Assembly: GCA_038063535.1 (NCBI GenBank)
Contig: JBBTUV010000003.1
Coordinates: forward strand, 83,179 to 147,178
Reading direction: 5' to 3'
Source of the DNA: Patescibacteria group bacterium
GTDB lineage: Bacteria > Patescibacteriota > Minisyncoccia > Phycocordibacterales > UBA9973
DNA length: 64,000 bases
The position numbers and the translations under genes are program-made. Shown in pieces: positions 10,977 through 20,832 of the stretch. Positions within the stretch are counted from its first letter, which is position 1; each line of letters starts with the position of its first letter. The notes under the pieces were generated by a model. The model made no database searches. It was given only the letters and a program-made list of their open reading frames with translations, and had not been told where the DNA came from.

Positions 10977-12167
10977 ATGGCAGAAGAATTTAAGAGAGAC
11001 AAGCCGCACATTAACGTCGGTACCATCGGTCACGTCGACCATGGTAAGACTACGCTCACGGCGGCGATCCTCCATGTTCTAAACATGGCGGGCAAGCAAG
11101 TGCGCTTGAAGGGGGTTGATCAGATCGACAATGCCCCGGAAGAAAAAGCGCGCGGAATCACCATTAACATTTCGCACAACGAGTATGCGACCGACACTCG
11201 GCACTACGCGCACATCGACGCCCCAGGGCACGCCGACTATATCAAGAACATGATCACCGGCGCCGCGCAAATGGACGGCGCGATCCTCGTCGTTGCAGCG
11301 ACCGACGGCGCGATGCCGCAGACCAGAGAGCACGTACTACTCGCACGCCAAGTAGGTGTGCCGAAGATGATTGTATTTCTTAACAAGTGCGATATGGTCG
11401 ACGATAAAGATATGGTTGACCTAGTCGAAGAGGAAATTCGAGAGCTTTTGGCCAAGCAAGGCTTTGACAAAGATTGCCCGGTCATTCGCGGCTCCGCCTT
11501 GAAGGGCCTTGAATCCAAATCCGTCGATGACGAATGGGCGAAGAAGATCCTCGAGCTCGTGACTGCGCTTGACACCTACATTCCGGTCCCGGTTCGAGAC
11601 ACGGCAAAGCCGTTTCTCATGCCGGTAGAAGACATCTTCTCGATCGAAGGCCGCGGCACGGTGGTAACAGGAAAGATCGAGCGGGGCACCGTAAAAGTCG
11701 GTGAGGAAATCGAAGTGGTTGGGATCAAAGCCACTCAGAAAACTACGGTTACCGGCATCGAAATGTTCAACAAGAACCTTCAGGAAGGTATGGCTGGCGA
11801 CAATGCCGGAGTACTTCTGCGGGGCTTGAAGAAAGAAGACATTACTCGAGGCCAGGTGCTCGCTAAGTCCGGGACCGTTACCCCGCATGACAACTTTACC
11901 GCCGAGATTTATGTTCTAAAGAAAGAGGAAGGCGGGCGTCACACCCCGTTCTTTACCGGCTATAAGCCGCAGTTCTACATCCGCACCACCGACGTTACTG
12001 GCGAGGTAACCCTTGCCGAGGGGACGGAGATGGTTATGCCGGGCGATACCGTGAAAATCACAGTCAAACTTGTTACGCCCGTTGCCCTTGAAGAGTCTCA
12101 GAGATTTGCTATCCGCGAAGGCGGGAAAACCGTTGGTGCCGGAGTGGTGACCAAAATCCTGGGATAA
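10977..12167 (+). CDS. tuf: Elongation factor Tu
   Basis: [26 protein letters not shown]. Confidence 0.99.
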   Translation: MAEEFKRDKPHINVGTIGHVDHGKTTLTAAILHVLNMAGKQVRLKGVDQIDNAPEEKARGITINISHNEYATDTRHYAHIDAPGHADYIKNMITGAAQMDGAILVVAATDGAMPQTREHVLLARQVGVPKMIVFLNKCDMVDDKDMVDLVEEEIRELLAKQGFDKDCPVIRGSALKGLESKSVDDEWAKKILELVTALDTYIPVPVRDTAKPFLMPVEDIFSIEGRGTVVTGKIERGTVKVGEEIEVVGIKATQKTTVTGIEMFNKNLQEGMAGDNAGVLLRGLKKEDITRGQVLAKSGTVTPHDNFTAEIYVLKKEEGGRHTPFFTGYKPQFYIRTTDVTGEVTLAEGTEMVMPGDTVKITVKLVTPVALEESQRFAIREGGKTVGAGVVTKILG

Positions 12168-12168
12168 C

Positions 12169-12585
12169 ATGGCTGAAAAAGTAGCAACAAAGAAAAAACC
12201 CGCAAAAGGGGCGAAGGCAGTGCCTCTACCCAAGGTATCACTTAAGCCGAAGGAAAAGAAAGGTAAAACAGATGAGGGTAAAGTGGTTCTCCGGATTCGG
12301 GTACGCGCGTACGAGAGCAAGATCCTGGACGCCTCGGTCAAACAGATTATCGATACTGCCCGTCGTTACGACGCAGATATCGTAGGCCCGATACCGCTCC
12401 CAACCGAGATCAAAAAGTACACGGTGAACCGCGCATCTTTTATCTACAAGAACTCCCGTGAGCAGTTCGAGATGCGGGTGCACAAAAGGCTAATCGATAT
12501 CGTGAATCCGAACGCAAAGACGATCGAGGCGCTCACCAACCTCTCGCTTCCTTCTGGGGTGGATATTGACGTGAAAATGGTATGA
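12169..12585 (+). CDS. rpsJ: 30S ribosomal protein S10 with Lys-rich N-terminal extension
   Basis: GPIPLPT, SREQFEMRVHKRLIDI. Confidence 0.96.
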   Translation: MAEKVATKKKPAKGAKAVPLPKVSLKPKEKKGKTDEGKVVLRIRVRAYESKILDASVKQIIDTARRYDADIVGPIPLPTEIKKYTVNRASFIYKNSREQFEMRVHKRLIDIVNPNAKTIEALTNLSLPSGVDIDVKMV

Positions 12586-13145
12586 AATTTATCCTTGGGA
12601 AAAAAGAAAAAATGATTGAATTCTTCTCCGAAGACGGTAGAGCCGTCCCGGTGACCGCGGTTTTGGCGGGCCCTGTCGTCGTAACGCGAGTGCTTGAGAA
12701 ATCTAAAGACGGATACGATGCCGTGCAAGTGAGCATGGAAGGCAAGAAAAAAGTCCTGAAAGAATTTCGAATCAAGCCAGGCGAAAAAAGCGAGGTGAAG
12801 ATCGGAGACACTATCGACGTATCGGTTTTCGCTCCCGGGGACAAACTTGCCGTCTCGGGGATTTCAAAGGGCAAGGGATTCCAAGGTGTGGTAAAGCGGC
12901 ACGGATTCCGCGGCGGGCCCCGCACTCACGGACAAAAACATTCCGAGCGCGAGCCGGGTTCGATCGGAGGCGGCCTCCGCACTCATATCCCGAAAGGCAT
13001 GCGCATGGGGGGCAGAATGGGCAGCGACAGGGTGACACAGAAAAATTTGACCGTGGTATCGGTGGACAAAGAGAACAATCTGCTTCTAGTAAAGGGGGCA
13101 CTTCCGGGAGTAAGGGGAACGCTGGTAGAAATAATTTCAAGATAA
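12582..13145 (+). CDS. rplC: 50S ribosomal protein L3
   Basis: SKGKGFQGVVKRHGF, REPGSIG. Confidence 0.97.
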   Translation: MKFILGKKEKMIEFFSEDGRAVPVTAVLAGPVVVTRVLEKSKDGYDAVQVSMEGKKKVLKEFRIKPGEKSEVKIGDTIDVSVFAPGDKLAVSGISKGKGFQGVVKRHGFRGGPRTHGQKHSEREPGSIGGGLRTHIPKGMRMGGRMGSDRVTQKNLTVVSVDKENNLLLVKGALPGVRGTLVEIISR

Positions 13146-13146
13146 C

Positions 13147-13803
13147 ATGCAAGCGAAAATTTACAATCAAAGCGGAAAAGAAGCAGGCAAGGTAGAACTT
13201 CCCGAGAGGGTTTTTGCTGCGCGTTTTCGCGCAGACCTGGTACACCAGGTGGTGGAGAGCATGCGTTCTAATAAGCGAGCAGGCACCGCGGACACCAAAA
13301 GCCGAGGTGAAGTGCGCGGCGGAGGTCGGAAGCCTTGGAAACAGAAAGGGACCGGCCGGGCCCGGCACGGCTCGATACGCTCGCCGATATGGGTCGGCGG
13401 CGGCGTGACGCACGGCCCGCTTGCGGAGAAAAACTACAAGCGCAAAATTTCAAAAAAGATGCGGGCCCAGGCACTTTTCTCGGTGCTCTCTAAAAAACTC
13501 GCCGACGGGGAAATTCTTTTTGTCGACACTCTGGCGCTTCCCGAGATCAAAACCAAAAAGGCGGTGGAGGTAATCAGAAATCTCGAAAAGGCTGCAGGAT
13601 GGAGCATTGGAAGAGGCAAGAAAAAAATACTGACCGCTCTCTATGATCGGGACGGAAAAAAAGAAAAAAGTTTCCGGAACATTGCCGAGCTCGAGACGAG
13701 CTTCGTTAAAAATTTAAATCCACTCGACGCACTTAACAGGAAGTATTTAATTATAGAGAATCCGGAAGAGAGTGTGAAATTCTTTTCCGAGCGCGGTAAG
13801 TAA
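13147..13803 (+). CDS. rplD: 50S ribosomal protein L4
   Basis: KPWKQKGTGRARHGS. Confidence 0.97.
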   Translation: MQAKIYNQSGKEAGKVELPERVFAARFRADLVHQVVESMRSNKRAGTADTKSRGEVRGGGRKPWKQKGTGRARHGSIRSPIWVGGGVTHGPLAEKNYKRKISKKMRAQALFSVLSKKLADGEILFVDTLALPEIKTKKAVEVIRNLEKAAGWSIGRGKKKILTALYDRDGKKEKSFRNIAELETSFVKNLNPLDALNRKYLIIENPEESVKFFSERGK

Positions 13804-13807
13804 TTTT

Positions 13808-14083
13808 ATGGAGATCGGGAAAATAATCAAAAATCCAAGGGTTACGGAAAAAGGAAGTCTCCTCGGCGCAACAGGGGCCTATGTTTTTGACATTACCGAT
13901 GATGCAGGGAAGGATGAGGTCAAAAAAGCGATCTTTGCGCTTTACAAAGTGAAGCCCCGGAAAGTGAACATACTGAAAGTTCCGGCCAAAAAGATGAGGA
14001 GCCGAGGGAAGGTCGGCGTAAAGAGCGGCGGGAGGAAAGCTGTCGTTTACCTTTCCGCGGGGGATAAAATAGAATTCGTATAA
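13808..14083 (+). CDS. rplW: 50S ribosomal protein L23
   Basis: PRVTEK, KAVVYL; operon position. Confidence 0.93.
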   Translation: MEIGKIIKNPRVTEKGSLLGATGAYVFDITDDAGKDEVKKAIFALYKVKPRKVNILKVPAKKMRSRGKVGVKSGGRKAVVYLSAGDKIEFV

Positions 14084-14928
14084 TGAGAACATACAGACCG
14101 ACAACTAAATCGAGAAGGCAGATGTCCCGAGTGGACTATTCGCATCTCACCAAAAAAGCTCCGGAGAAGTCCCTGACTCGGGGCTGGCAGCGCAGGCACG
14201 GACGCAACAGCGCCGGGCGCATCACTACCCGACACAAAGGCGGGGGGCATAAACGGCTCTTTCGGGCGATTGATTTCTTATATGACAAGCGCGACATTCC
14301 CGCCACCGTCCGCTCGGTGGAGTATGATCCGAATCGCAGCGCCTTCATCGGGCTTGCGGTCTATCGCGATGGGGAGAAAAGGTATGTGGTGTTGCCGAAA
14401 GACGTTTCGCCCGGGGGCACTTTTGTCGTTTCCGAGAAAGCCGAGCTTAAACCCGGCAATCGTCTGCCGCTCAAAAATATTCCGGTCGGAACTTTTGTAT
14501 ATAACGTGGAGCTCAAACGCGGAGGCGGAGCCAAACTTGCCCGCTCGGCAGGAATTTTCGCCCAAGTAGTCGCAAACGCCGACGGATACACTAACTTGAA
14601 GATGCCCTCGACCGAGGTAAGGAAAGTGGATGAGGAATGCTGGGCAACCATCGGGGTAGTTTCGAACGAGGAGCACCATTTGGAAAATTACGGTAAAGCT
14701 GGACGCAGTCGCTGGAAAGGAATTCGCCCAACCGTGCGCGGCACGGCGATGAACCCGGTGGATCATCCATACGGAGGTGGCGAAGGCCGGCAAGGTAGGG
14801 GCACACGAAGGCCGAAAACGCTCTGGGGCAAGGTCACTGGAGGCCGCAAGACCCGCACTCCGAAGAAATATTCGAATATTTTCATCGTCTCCCGCCGCCG
14901 AACCGGCAAGAGTAGAAAGCAAACTTAG
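14083..14928 (+). CDS. rplB: 50S ribosomal protein L2
   Basis: EYDPNRSA, MNPVDHPYGGGEG. Confidence 0.98.
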   Translation: MRTYRPTTKSRRQMSRVDYSHLTKKAPEKSLTRGWQRRHGRNSAGRITTRHKGGGHKRLFRAIDFLYDKRDIPATVRSVEYDPNRSAFIGLAVYRDGEKRYVVLPKDVSPGGTFVVSEKAELKPGNRLPLKNIPVGTFVYNVELKRGGGAKLARSAGIFAQVVANADGYTNLKMPSTEVRKVDEECWATIGVVSNEEHHLENYGKAGRSRWKGIRPTVRGTAMNPVDHPYGGGEGRQGRGTRRPKTLWGKVTGGRKTRTPKKYSNIFIVSRRRTGKSRKQT

Positions 14929-14946
14929 TGTGATATAATTGGGTAG

Positions 14947-15192
14947 ATGATGTTCAAACCCGACACTCCTCCCGAGGGCAAGAGAATGGAAAGACGTCTA
15001 CGCCCCGGGAAATGTCCAATCCACGGGGAAGTGGCTTTTCTGGATGGGGAATGCATTAAGTGCAACCCGAGAGATGGCTCCGAGCATTTTCTTTCCGAGC
15101 CTTCGATCGAAAGCTCTCCTCTGACGCGGCGGAGTCGTGTTGATTTCCACGAACAGCAACTCCCAAGGGGCGATCGTTCCGACGCAGCCTAG
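14947..15192 (+). CDS. Small hypothetical protein with CPxH...CxxC putative metal-binding motif
   Basis: ORF between rplB and rpsS with own TGaTATAAT (14931-14939) and downstream hairpin. Confidence 0.5.
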   Translation: MMFKPDTPPEGKRMERRLRPGKCPIHGEVAFLDGECIKCNPRDGSEHFLSEPSIESSPLTRRSRVDFHEQQLPRGDRSDAA

Positions 15193-15195
15193 CCT

Positions 15196-15215
15196 GGGCA
15201 GCCTTACGGCTGCCC
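15196..15215 (+). terminator. GC-rich hairpin after the inserted ORF
   Basis: GGGCAGCC-ttac-GGCTGCCC perfect 8-bp stem; weak U-tail. Confidence 0.5.
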
Positions 15216-15244
15216 TTGTCTATTTAGGCTCAATTTGCTATTAT
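15216..15244 (+). promoter_or_regulatory. Internal promoter for rpsS onward
   Basis: TTGTCT-17 nt-TATTAT with TG extension. Confidence 0.5.
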
Positions 15245-15275
15245 CTTTCCAAGCTCAATTGGGAGCTTTTTATTT

Positions 15276-15629
15276 ATGACAAGGTCAATTAAAAAAGGAA
15301 TGTATATAGACCCAGGGCTCCTAGAGAAAATCAAGGGCAAAAACCCCATGCAAACTCCGCCGATCAAGACCTGGAAGCGCGCCTCCCAAATTTCTCCCGA
15401 AATGATTGGTTTCACCTTCGGGATCCACAACGGGAAGACCCATGTCGAAGTTCTGATTACTGAGGACATGGTCGGGCACAGGCTCGGCGAATTTTCCCCG
15501 ACCAGGAAATTTATCAAGCACGGCGGGCGCATGCAGAAAGAGATCGAAATGAAACAGAAGGAAACAGAAATAGCGCAGGCGAAAGCCGCTACTGAGGCCG
15601 CGACGGCCGCCAAGGGTCCCGCAAAGTAG
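15276..15629 (+). CDS. rpsS: 30S ribosomal protein S19
   Basis: MVGHRLGEFSPTR; Ala/Lys C-terminal tail. Confidence 0.97.
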   Translation: MTRSIKKGMYIDPGLLEKIKGKNPMQTPPIKTWKRASQISPEMIGFTFGIHNGKTHVEVLITEDMVGHRLGEFSPTRKFIKHGGRMQKEIEMKQKETEIAQAKAATEAATAAKGPAK

Positions 15630-15653
15630 TTCGACAGGCTCACATAAATAGTT

Positions 15654-15983
15654 ATGAAAGCATTTTTGAAAAATTACAGACAATCTCCGAGAAAAGTTCG
15701 CTTAGTGGCGGATTTGATCAAGAACAAAAAGGTGGAGGATGCCCTTACCAAACTTGAGTTCTTGGCCAAGCGCGCCGGGGCGCCGCTCCGGAAACTGCTT
15801 CTCTCGGCTGTCGCGAACGCGCGCACGCAAGGGTTTGCGAAAGAAAATTTGAAAGTAAAGGAACTTCGCGTGGATAAGGGTTTAGTTTATAAAAGGATGA
15901 TGCCCCGGGCGATGGGTCGTGCTTCCCGGATAAATAAAAGAACGAGCAACGTCACTCTCGTCCTCTCTGAAAAAAGCAAATGA
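15654..15983 (+). CDS. rplV: 50S ribosomal protein L22
   Basis: RQSPRKVRLVADLI, PRAMGRA. Confidence 0.97.
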   Translation: MKAFLKNYRQSPRKVRLVADLIKNKKVEDALTKLEFLAKRAGAPLRKLLLSAVANARTQGFAKENLKVKELRVDKGLVYKRMMPRAMGRASRINKRTSNVTLVLSEKSK

Positions 15984-16654
15984 GTAAAATTGTCCATCCA
16001 TACGCGCATAGGCTGGTAACACTTCGAGACTGGAAGTCCCGCTGGTTTGCTGATCCGAAAAAATATATTGATTATCTCCGCGGCGACGTGCTCCTCCGCG
16101 AGCACCTCGAGAAAAAACTCCGCGGCATGTATGTTTCTTCAGTTGAGATCGAAAGATCTCGTAAGGCTACCCGCTTTATCATAAGAACCTCCCGACCCGG
16201 ACTTCTTATCGGCCGCTCCGGAGAGGGGGTCGCCAAACTCAAAGACGACATTTTGAAAAAGATCGCCAAGCTCGGCTTGCCGCGGCCGGAAGATTTCAAA
16301 CTGGAGATCGTTGAAGTCAGTAATCCGGAGGCCGACGCCTCGGTGGTGGCCTATATGGTCGCGGAGGGCCTCGAGAAAAGGATGCCCTACCGGAGGATCT
16401 CGAAGCAGGTGCTCGAGAAGGTCATGTCCACGCGCGGAGTGGAAGGCGCGCGGATCGTGCTTTCTGGTCGCCTCGGCGGTGCGGAGATCGCCCGGACAGA
16501 GGAATTCAAGCGCGGCTCGATTCCGCTTCAGACACTTCGCGCAGACATAGATTTCAAACGAGAACGCGCGGTCATGCCCTACGGGACGATCGGGATAAAA
16601 GTTTGGATTTATCGAGGGAAAATTTATGCTAATACCCAAAAAAGTAAAATTTAG
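15980..16654 (+). CDS. rpsC: 30S ribosomal protein S3
   Basis: RPGLLIG KH domain, SGRLGGAEIAR, PLQTLRADID. Confidence 0.97.
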   Translation: MSKIVHPYAHRLVTLRDWKSRWFADPKKYIDYLRGDVLLREHLEKKLRGMYVSSVEIERSRKATRFIIRTSRPGLLIGRSGEGVAKLKDDILKKIAKLGLPRPEDFKLEIVEVSNPEADASVVAYMVAEGLEKRMPYRRISKQVLEKVMSTRGVEGARIVLSGRLGGAEIARTEEFKRGSIPLQTLRADIDFKRERAVMPYGTIGIKVWIYRGKIYANTQKSKI

Positions 16655-17048
16655 AAAGTGGCAGACCGGCCGGAGGAACCCGAAAAAAGTCGGCCCGGAT
16701 ACGCGCGGCTCGCGCCTCTCTTTCGGCTCGTATGGCCTGAAGGCCGAATCGGCCGCCCGGGTGCGCTCCAATCAACTCGAGTCGGCAAGAAAAATAATTT
16801 CGCGTACTTTAACCAAAGCCGGTAAATATTGGATCCGTGTTTTTCCGGACAGGCCTTACACTGCTAAACCTGCCGAGATGGGCATGGGCAAAGGCAAGGG
16901 CGATCCGCAAGGATATTCGGTGGCAGTTTTCCCCGGCCGAATAATTTTCGAAGTGGACGGGGTGGAAGAAGCGGTTGCACGCGAAGCGCTTCGCAAAGCG
17001 GGCGCGAAGCTGCCGGTCAAATCAAGGATGGTAAAGCGAATGCACTAA
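16626..17048 (+). CDS. rplP: 50S ribosomal protein L16
   Basis: WIRVFPD, MGKGKG, KLPVK. Confidence 0.97.
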   Translation: MLIPKKVKFRKWQTGRRNPKKVGPDTRGSRLSFGSYGLKAESAARVRSNQLESARKIISRTLTKAGKYWIRVFPDRPYTAKPAEMGMGKGKGDPQGYSVAVFPGRIIFEVDGVEEAVAREALRKAGAKLPVKSRMVKRMH

Positions 17049-17049
17049 G

Positions 17050-17247
17050 ATGAAAAAGAGTAATTTAAAAACATTAAGCGCGGGGGAACTTGAGAAAAAA
17101 GTGTCGGAGATGGAGGAATCACTCCGGGAGCTTCGTTTCAAATCTGAGGGGGCTCGGCCGAAGAATGTGAAGGGGGAAAGATCGCTCCGCAAGGAAATCG
17201 CTCGGGCGCTTACGTTTTTACAAATGCAAAAACAACATGAACACTAA
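17050..17247 (+). CDS. rpmC: 50S ribosomal protein L29
   Basis: [10 protein letters not shown]; operon position. Confidence 0.9.
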   Translation: MKKSNLKTLSAGELEKKVSEMEESLRELRFKSEGARPKNVKGERSLRKEIARALTFLQMQKQHEH

Positions 17248-17473
17248 AAAGGGAGGAAAAATTTTGGAAGGGGTAGTCGTATCGGACAAAATGAAGGGCA
17301 CGATAGTGGTTTCTGTTTCCCGCTTCGTAAAACACAAAAAATACGGAAAATTCTACAAGATCACTAAAAAATACAAGGCGGACGATCCGGGCAATCAGCA
17401 CAAAGCCGGAGAGAAGGTGGCCATCGTCGAAACCCGGCCGATATCAAAGGATAAAAGATTCAAAGTACTATGA
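17237..17473 (+). CDS. rpsQ: 30S ribosomal protein S17
   Basis: [15 protein letters not shown]. Confidence 0.96.
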   Translation: MNTKKGGKILEGVVVSDKMKGTIVVSVSRFVKHKKYGKFYKITKKYKADDPGNQHKAGEKVAIVETRPISKDKRFKVL

Positions 17474-17841
17474 TCCAGCCAAGAAGTTTAGTTAAAATAA
17501 CCGATAATGCGGGCGGAACCTTGGGACAAGTCATCAAAGTGCTCGGCTCTTCGAAGAAAAGATACGCGGGCCTCGGCGAGGTAGTGGTCATCTCTGTTAA
17601 GGTCGCAAGTCCCAGGAAGATGGTGAAGAAAAAGGAGGTTCACCAGGCGGTGGTCGTGCGAACCAGAAATGCCCACCGGCGCGCTGACGGCTCCTATATT
17701 CGGTTTGACGATAACGCAGTGGTGATACTCGAGAAAGGCAAGACCGACCCGAAGGCCGGGCGCATTTTCGGTCCGATCCCGAGGGAGCTTCAGGAAAAAG
17801 GTTATCAAAAGATAATTTCGCTCGCCGAAGAGGTGATATAA
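17470..17841 (+). CDS. rplN: 50S ribosomal protein L14
   Basis: [19 protein letters not shown]. Confidence 0.97.
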   Translation: MIQPRSLVKITDNAGGTLGQVIKVLGSSKKRYAGLGEVVVISVKVASPRKMVKKKEVHQAVVVRTRNAHRRADGSYIRFDDNAVVILEKGKTDPKAGRIFGPIPRELQEKGYQKIISLAEEVI

Positions 17842-17845
17842 ATCT

Positions 17846-18061
17846 ATGCATGTAAAAAAAGGAGACAATGTAATAATAATAGCGGGAAAGGATAAGGGAA
17901 AGAAGGGAAAAGTCGTGAAGGCCTTTCCGAAAATGAATAAAGTCCTGGTCGAGGGGGCGAATATGACCAAGCGGCACCAACGCCCTCGAAAAAAGGGCGA
18001 AAAGGGACAGGTGATGAATGTCGCCATGCCCATTCATGTTTCGAACATAAGAGTCGCGTAA
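17846..18061 (+). CDS. rplX: 50S ribosomal protein L24 (C-terminally short)
   Basis: KKGDNV..IAGKDKGK, PIHVSN. Confidence 0.95.
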   Translation: MHVKKGDNVIIIAGKDKGKKGKVVKAFPKMNKVLVEGANMTKRHQRPRKKGEKGQVMNVAMPIHVSNIRVA

Positions 18062-18065
18062 ACAT

Positions 18066-18626
18066 ATGGCCAAGCATTCTACAATCAAAGAAAAGGAGAA
18101 GAGCGCATACGAAAAAATGAAATCAGAGTTTCATTACCGGAACGCCCTGGCCGCTCCGCGAATGCAAAAAATAGTGGTGAACGTGGGCACCGGGACCCTT
18201 ATGAAAAAAGATCAGAAGAAAAACGAAGCGATCACCGAGCGACTTTCCAAAATCACCGGCCAGAAGGCGGCAATGCGCGGCGCGAAAAAATCGATCTCCA
18301 CTTTCAAAGTGCGCCAGGGCGACCCGATAGGCATAGTCGTTACGCTTCGAGGGAAAAGGATGTATGGGTTTCTCGAGAAGCTCATAAACGTGGCGCTCCC
18401 GCGCACCAAAGACTTCCGCGGAATTCCGCGCCGCTCTGTGGACAATATCGGCAACCTCACCATAGGCATCAAAGAGCACACTATTTTCCCGGAAACGGCC
18501 GACGAGGATATTAAGGACGTTTTCGGCATGTCTATCACCCTAGTCTCGAGCGCTAAAGGCAAATCCGACGGCTTGGCGTTCTTCGAACTTTTGGGGATTC
18601 CGTTTCAGAAGGAGGTCAAGAAGTAA
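18066..18626 (+). CDS. rplE: 50S ribosomal protein L5
   Basis: ITGQK, ALPRTKDFRG, HTIFPE. Confidence 0.97.
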   Translation: MAKHSTIKEKEKSAYEKMKSEFHYRNALAAPRMQKIVVNVGTGTLMKKDQKKNEAITERLSKITGQKAAMRGAKKSISTFKVRQGDPIGIVVTLRGKRMYGFLEKLINVALPRTKDFRGIPRRSVDNIGNLTIGIKEHTIFPETADEDIKDVFGMSITLVSSAKGKSDGLAFFELLGIPFQKEVKK

Positions 18627-18627
18627 T

Positions 18628-18656
18628 TTGACCGAAGTCAGCTTATCTGCTAATAT
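18628..18656 (+). promoter_or_regulatory. Internal promoter upstream of rpsN
   Basis: TTGACC-17 nt-TAATAT with TG extension. Confidence 0.55.
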
Positions 18657-18723
18657 ACGTTACAAGGGTAACAAGCTTTGAAGAATCCTTTTTAGGATAT
18701 TATCAAGGCACCCCTTTATTTTT

Positions 18724-18909
18724 ATGGCAAAAAAATCGGTCGTCGCCAGAAGCAAAAAGAAGCCCAAATTCTCTAGCCGGCAGAAGAACCGCTGCTTTCG
18801 TTGCGGGCGGGGGAACGGCTACATGCGGGACTTCGATCTCTGTCGCATTTGTTTTCGCGAACTCGCCAACGAAGGCATGTTGCCCGGTGTTCGTAAATCA
18901 AGCTGGTAA
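18724..18909 (+). CDS. rpsN: 30S ribosomal protein S14, zinc-binding type
   Basis: RCFRCGR...LCRICFR...PGVRKSSW. Confidence 0.97.
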   Translation: MAKKSVVARSKKKPKFSSRQKNRCFRCGRGNGYMRDFDLCRICFRELANEGMLPGVRKSSW

Positions 18910-18910
18910 C

Positions 18911-19043
18911 ATGGATCCCGTTAGAAGCCGCGATCGCAATTTAAATATAAACAAAAATATGAAATTAAGTAATAGAAAAATTAGTAAGATAATATATCAG
19001 ACAAGCGAGTTGATCGCGATCTGCTTCTAAACGGGATGGATCC
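18911..19043. mobile_element. 125-bp MITE-like insertion duplicating the rpsH start
   Basis: Direct repeat ATGGATCC at 18911 and 19036; inverted ends ATCCCGTTAGAAGC / GCTTCTAAACGGGAT and CGCGATC / GATCGCG; AT-rich core. Confidence 0.6.
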
Positions 19044-19422
19044 GATAGCAAACATGATTATAATGATGAAGAACGCCTCGCTCGCCGGCAGGCCGACTGT
19101 GATCCTGCCTTATTCGAAGGTCAAAGAAACAATACTCGAGTGTCTAAAAAAGGAAGGATACGTCGCAAAATTTGAGAGGAAAACACAGAAAGATCACCCG
19201 GTGCTTGAGGTAGAGCTCTCCTATACCGATGAAAGGCCAAAAATTACCGAGGCAGAGAGAGTCTCCAAGCAGTCAAAGAGAGTTTACATAAAAGTGAAGG
19301 ATATTCATTCGGTACGCGGTGGCACAGGAATCCTCGTGCTCTCGACTCCGAAAGGAATTTTATCAGGCAAGGACGCGTGGCGTGAAAAGGTCGGAGGCGA
19401 AGCATTGTTTAAACTCTGGTAA
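19036..19422 (+). CDS. rpsH: 30S ribosomal protein S8
   Basis: MDPIANM, LSTPKG, VGGE. Confidence 0.96.
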   Translation: MDPIANMIIMMKNASLAGRPTVILPYSKVKETILECLKKEGYVAKFERKTQKDHPVLEVELSYTDERPKITEAERVSKQSKRVYIKVKDIHSVRGGTGILVLSTPKGILSGKDAWREKVGGEALFKLW

Positions 19423-19955
19423 TGTCAAAAGTCGGCAAAAAAGAAATAGTGATACCCGACGGAGTGAAAGTCGAGCAAAGCGGAGGGGAATTCTCGGTGT
19501 CGGGCCCCAAGGGCACGCTTAAGAGATCTTTCCGAAACGATATCGAAATCAAAATCGGTGATAAGACCATAAATCTCTTGCCGAAAAGGAACGATAAATT
19601 CTCCCAATCTCTTTGGGGCACTTACGCTTCGCATATCCGCAACATGATCGCCGGAGTCCAGGCTCCCTACGAGAAGAAGCTCATCCTCGAAGGCATCGGG
19701 TTCAAGTCCGAGGTGAAGGGCGAGGAACTCAACTTGGCCCTAGGATTCTCCCATCCGGTTGTCAGGAAAATCCCGGAAGGCCTTACCGTAACCGCCGAGA
19801 AGAACGTGATCGCAGTATCCGGGATAGACAAGGAACTCGTCGGCTCATTCACCGCCGCGGTCCGGGCGCTAAAGAAACCGGAGCCATACAAAGGTAAAGG
19901 CATGCGCTACGAGGATGAAGTGATCAGGCGCAAGCAGGGCAAGAAAACCGTCTAA
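19422..19955 (+). CDS. rplF: 50S ribosomal protein L6
   Basis: [15 protein letters not shown]. Confidence 0.97.
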   Translation: MSKVGKKEIVIPDGVKVEQSGGEFSVSGPKGTLKRSFRNDIEIKIGDKTINLLPKRNDKFSQSLWGTYASHIRNMIAGVQAPYEKKLILEGIGFKSEVKGEELNLALGFSHPVVRKIPEGLTVTAEKNVIAVSGIDKELVGSFTAAVRALKKPEPYKGKGMRYEDEVIRRKQGKKTV

Positions 19956-19957
19956 TC

Positions 19958-20299
19958 ATGCAAAGCAAACTCGAAAAAAGAAATAGGCTCAAGGGAAAGA
20001 TCCGGGCGAAGATATCCGGGGATAAGGAGCGCCCGCGCCTTTCGGTCTACCGATCGAACCGATTCATCTACGCGCAAGTTATCGATGACCGGAGCGGCAA
20101 GACCCTGGCCTCGGCAAGCGACCTCTCGCTCAAGAAGGGCACCAAAACCGAGCACGCAAAGGAAGTCGGGAAACTTATCGGTGCCGCTTGCCAGAAGGCA
20201 AAGATCAAACGAGTGGTTTTCGACCGGAACGGTTTCAAATACACCGGCCGGATAAAACTGGTCGCTGATTCGGCGCGAGAGGCCGGTCTAGAATTTTAG
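19958..20299 (+). CDS. rplR: 50S ribosomal protein L18
   Basis: [24 protein letters not shown]. Confidence 0.97.
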   Translation: MQSKLEKRNRLKGKIRAKISGDKERPRLSVYRSNRFIYAQVIDDRSGKTLASASDLSLKKGTKTEHAKEVGKLIGAACQKAKIKRVVFDRNGFKYTGRIKLVADSAREAGLEF

Positions 20300-20301
20300 A
20301 T

Positions 20302-20832
20302 ATGGAAAAAGACCAAAGAAAAAAGAATACTGCACGCCGGGCCTTCGGAAGGCCGAAGCCGGAATTCGACCAGAAAATCATTTCAATCCGGCGGGTCACG
20401 CGAGTGGTCGCCGGAGGCCGCCGCTTCTCTTTCTCGGTGGCGCTCCTCGCCGGAGACAAGAAAGGCACAGTTGGCCTCGGACTCGGCAAGGCCGCGGATA
20501 CGTCACTTGCAATAAATAAAGCTCTCCGGAGCGCCAAGAAAAATATGGTCAAACTCCGCCTCACTAAAACCTATTCGATACCACACGAGCTTTCGGCGAA
20601 GTTCGGAAGCGCGAGGATCATGCTTCTTCCGAACCGGGGACGGGGCCTGGTGGCCGGCTCGGTGCTCCGGGACATCGTCAAGCTCTCGGGCATGAGAGAC
20701 GTAACCGGTAAAGTCCTCTCAAGGAGCAAGAACAAATTGAATAACGCGAAGGCAACGATCTTGGCGCTCGCTCCGATATCCACAAAGAATCCGAAAACCG
20801 GACCCGAGATAAGCACTTATGCAAATCAATAA
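20302..20832 (+). CDS. rpsE: 30S ribosomal protein S5
   Basis: RRVTRVVAGGRRFSF. Confidence 0.96.
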   Translation: MEKDQRKKNTARRAFGRPKPEFDQKIISIRRVTRVVAGGRRFSFSVALLAGDKKGTVGLGLGKAADTSLAINKALRSAKKNMVKLRLTKTYSIPHELSAKFGSARIMLLPNRGRGLVAGSVLRDIVKLSGMRDVTGKVLSRSKNKLNNAKATILALAPISTKNPKTGPEISTYANQ

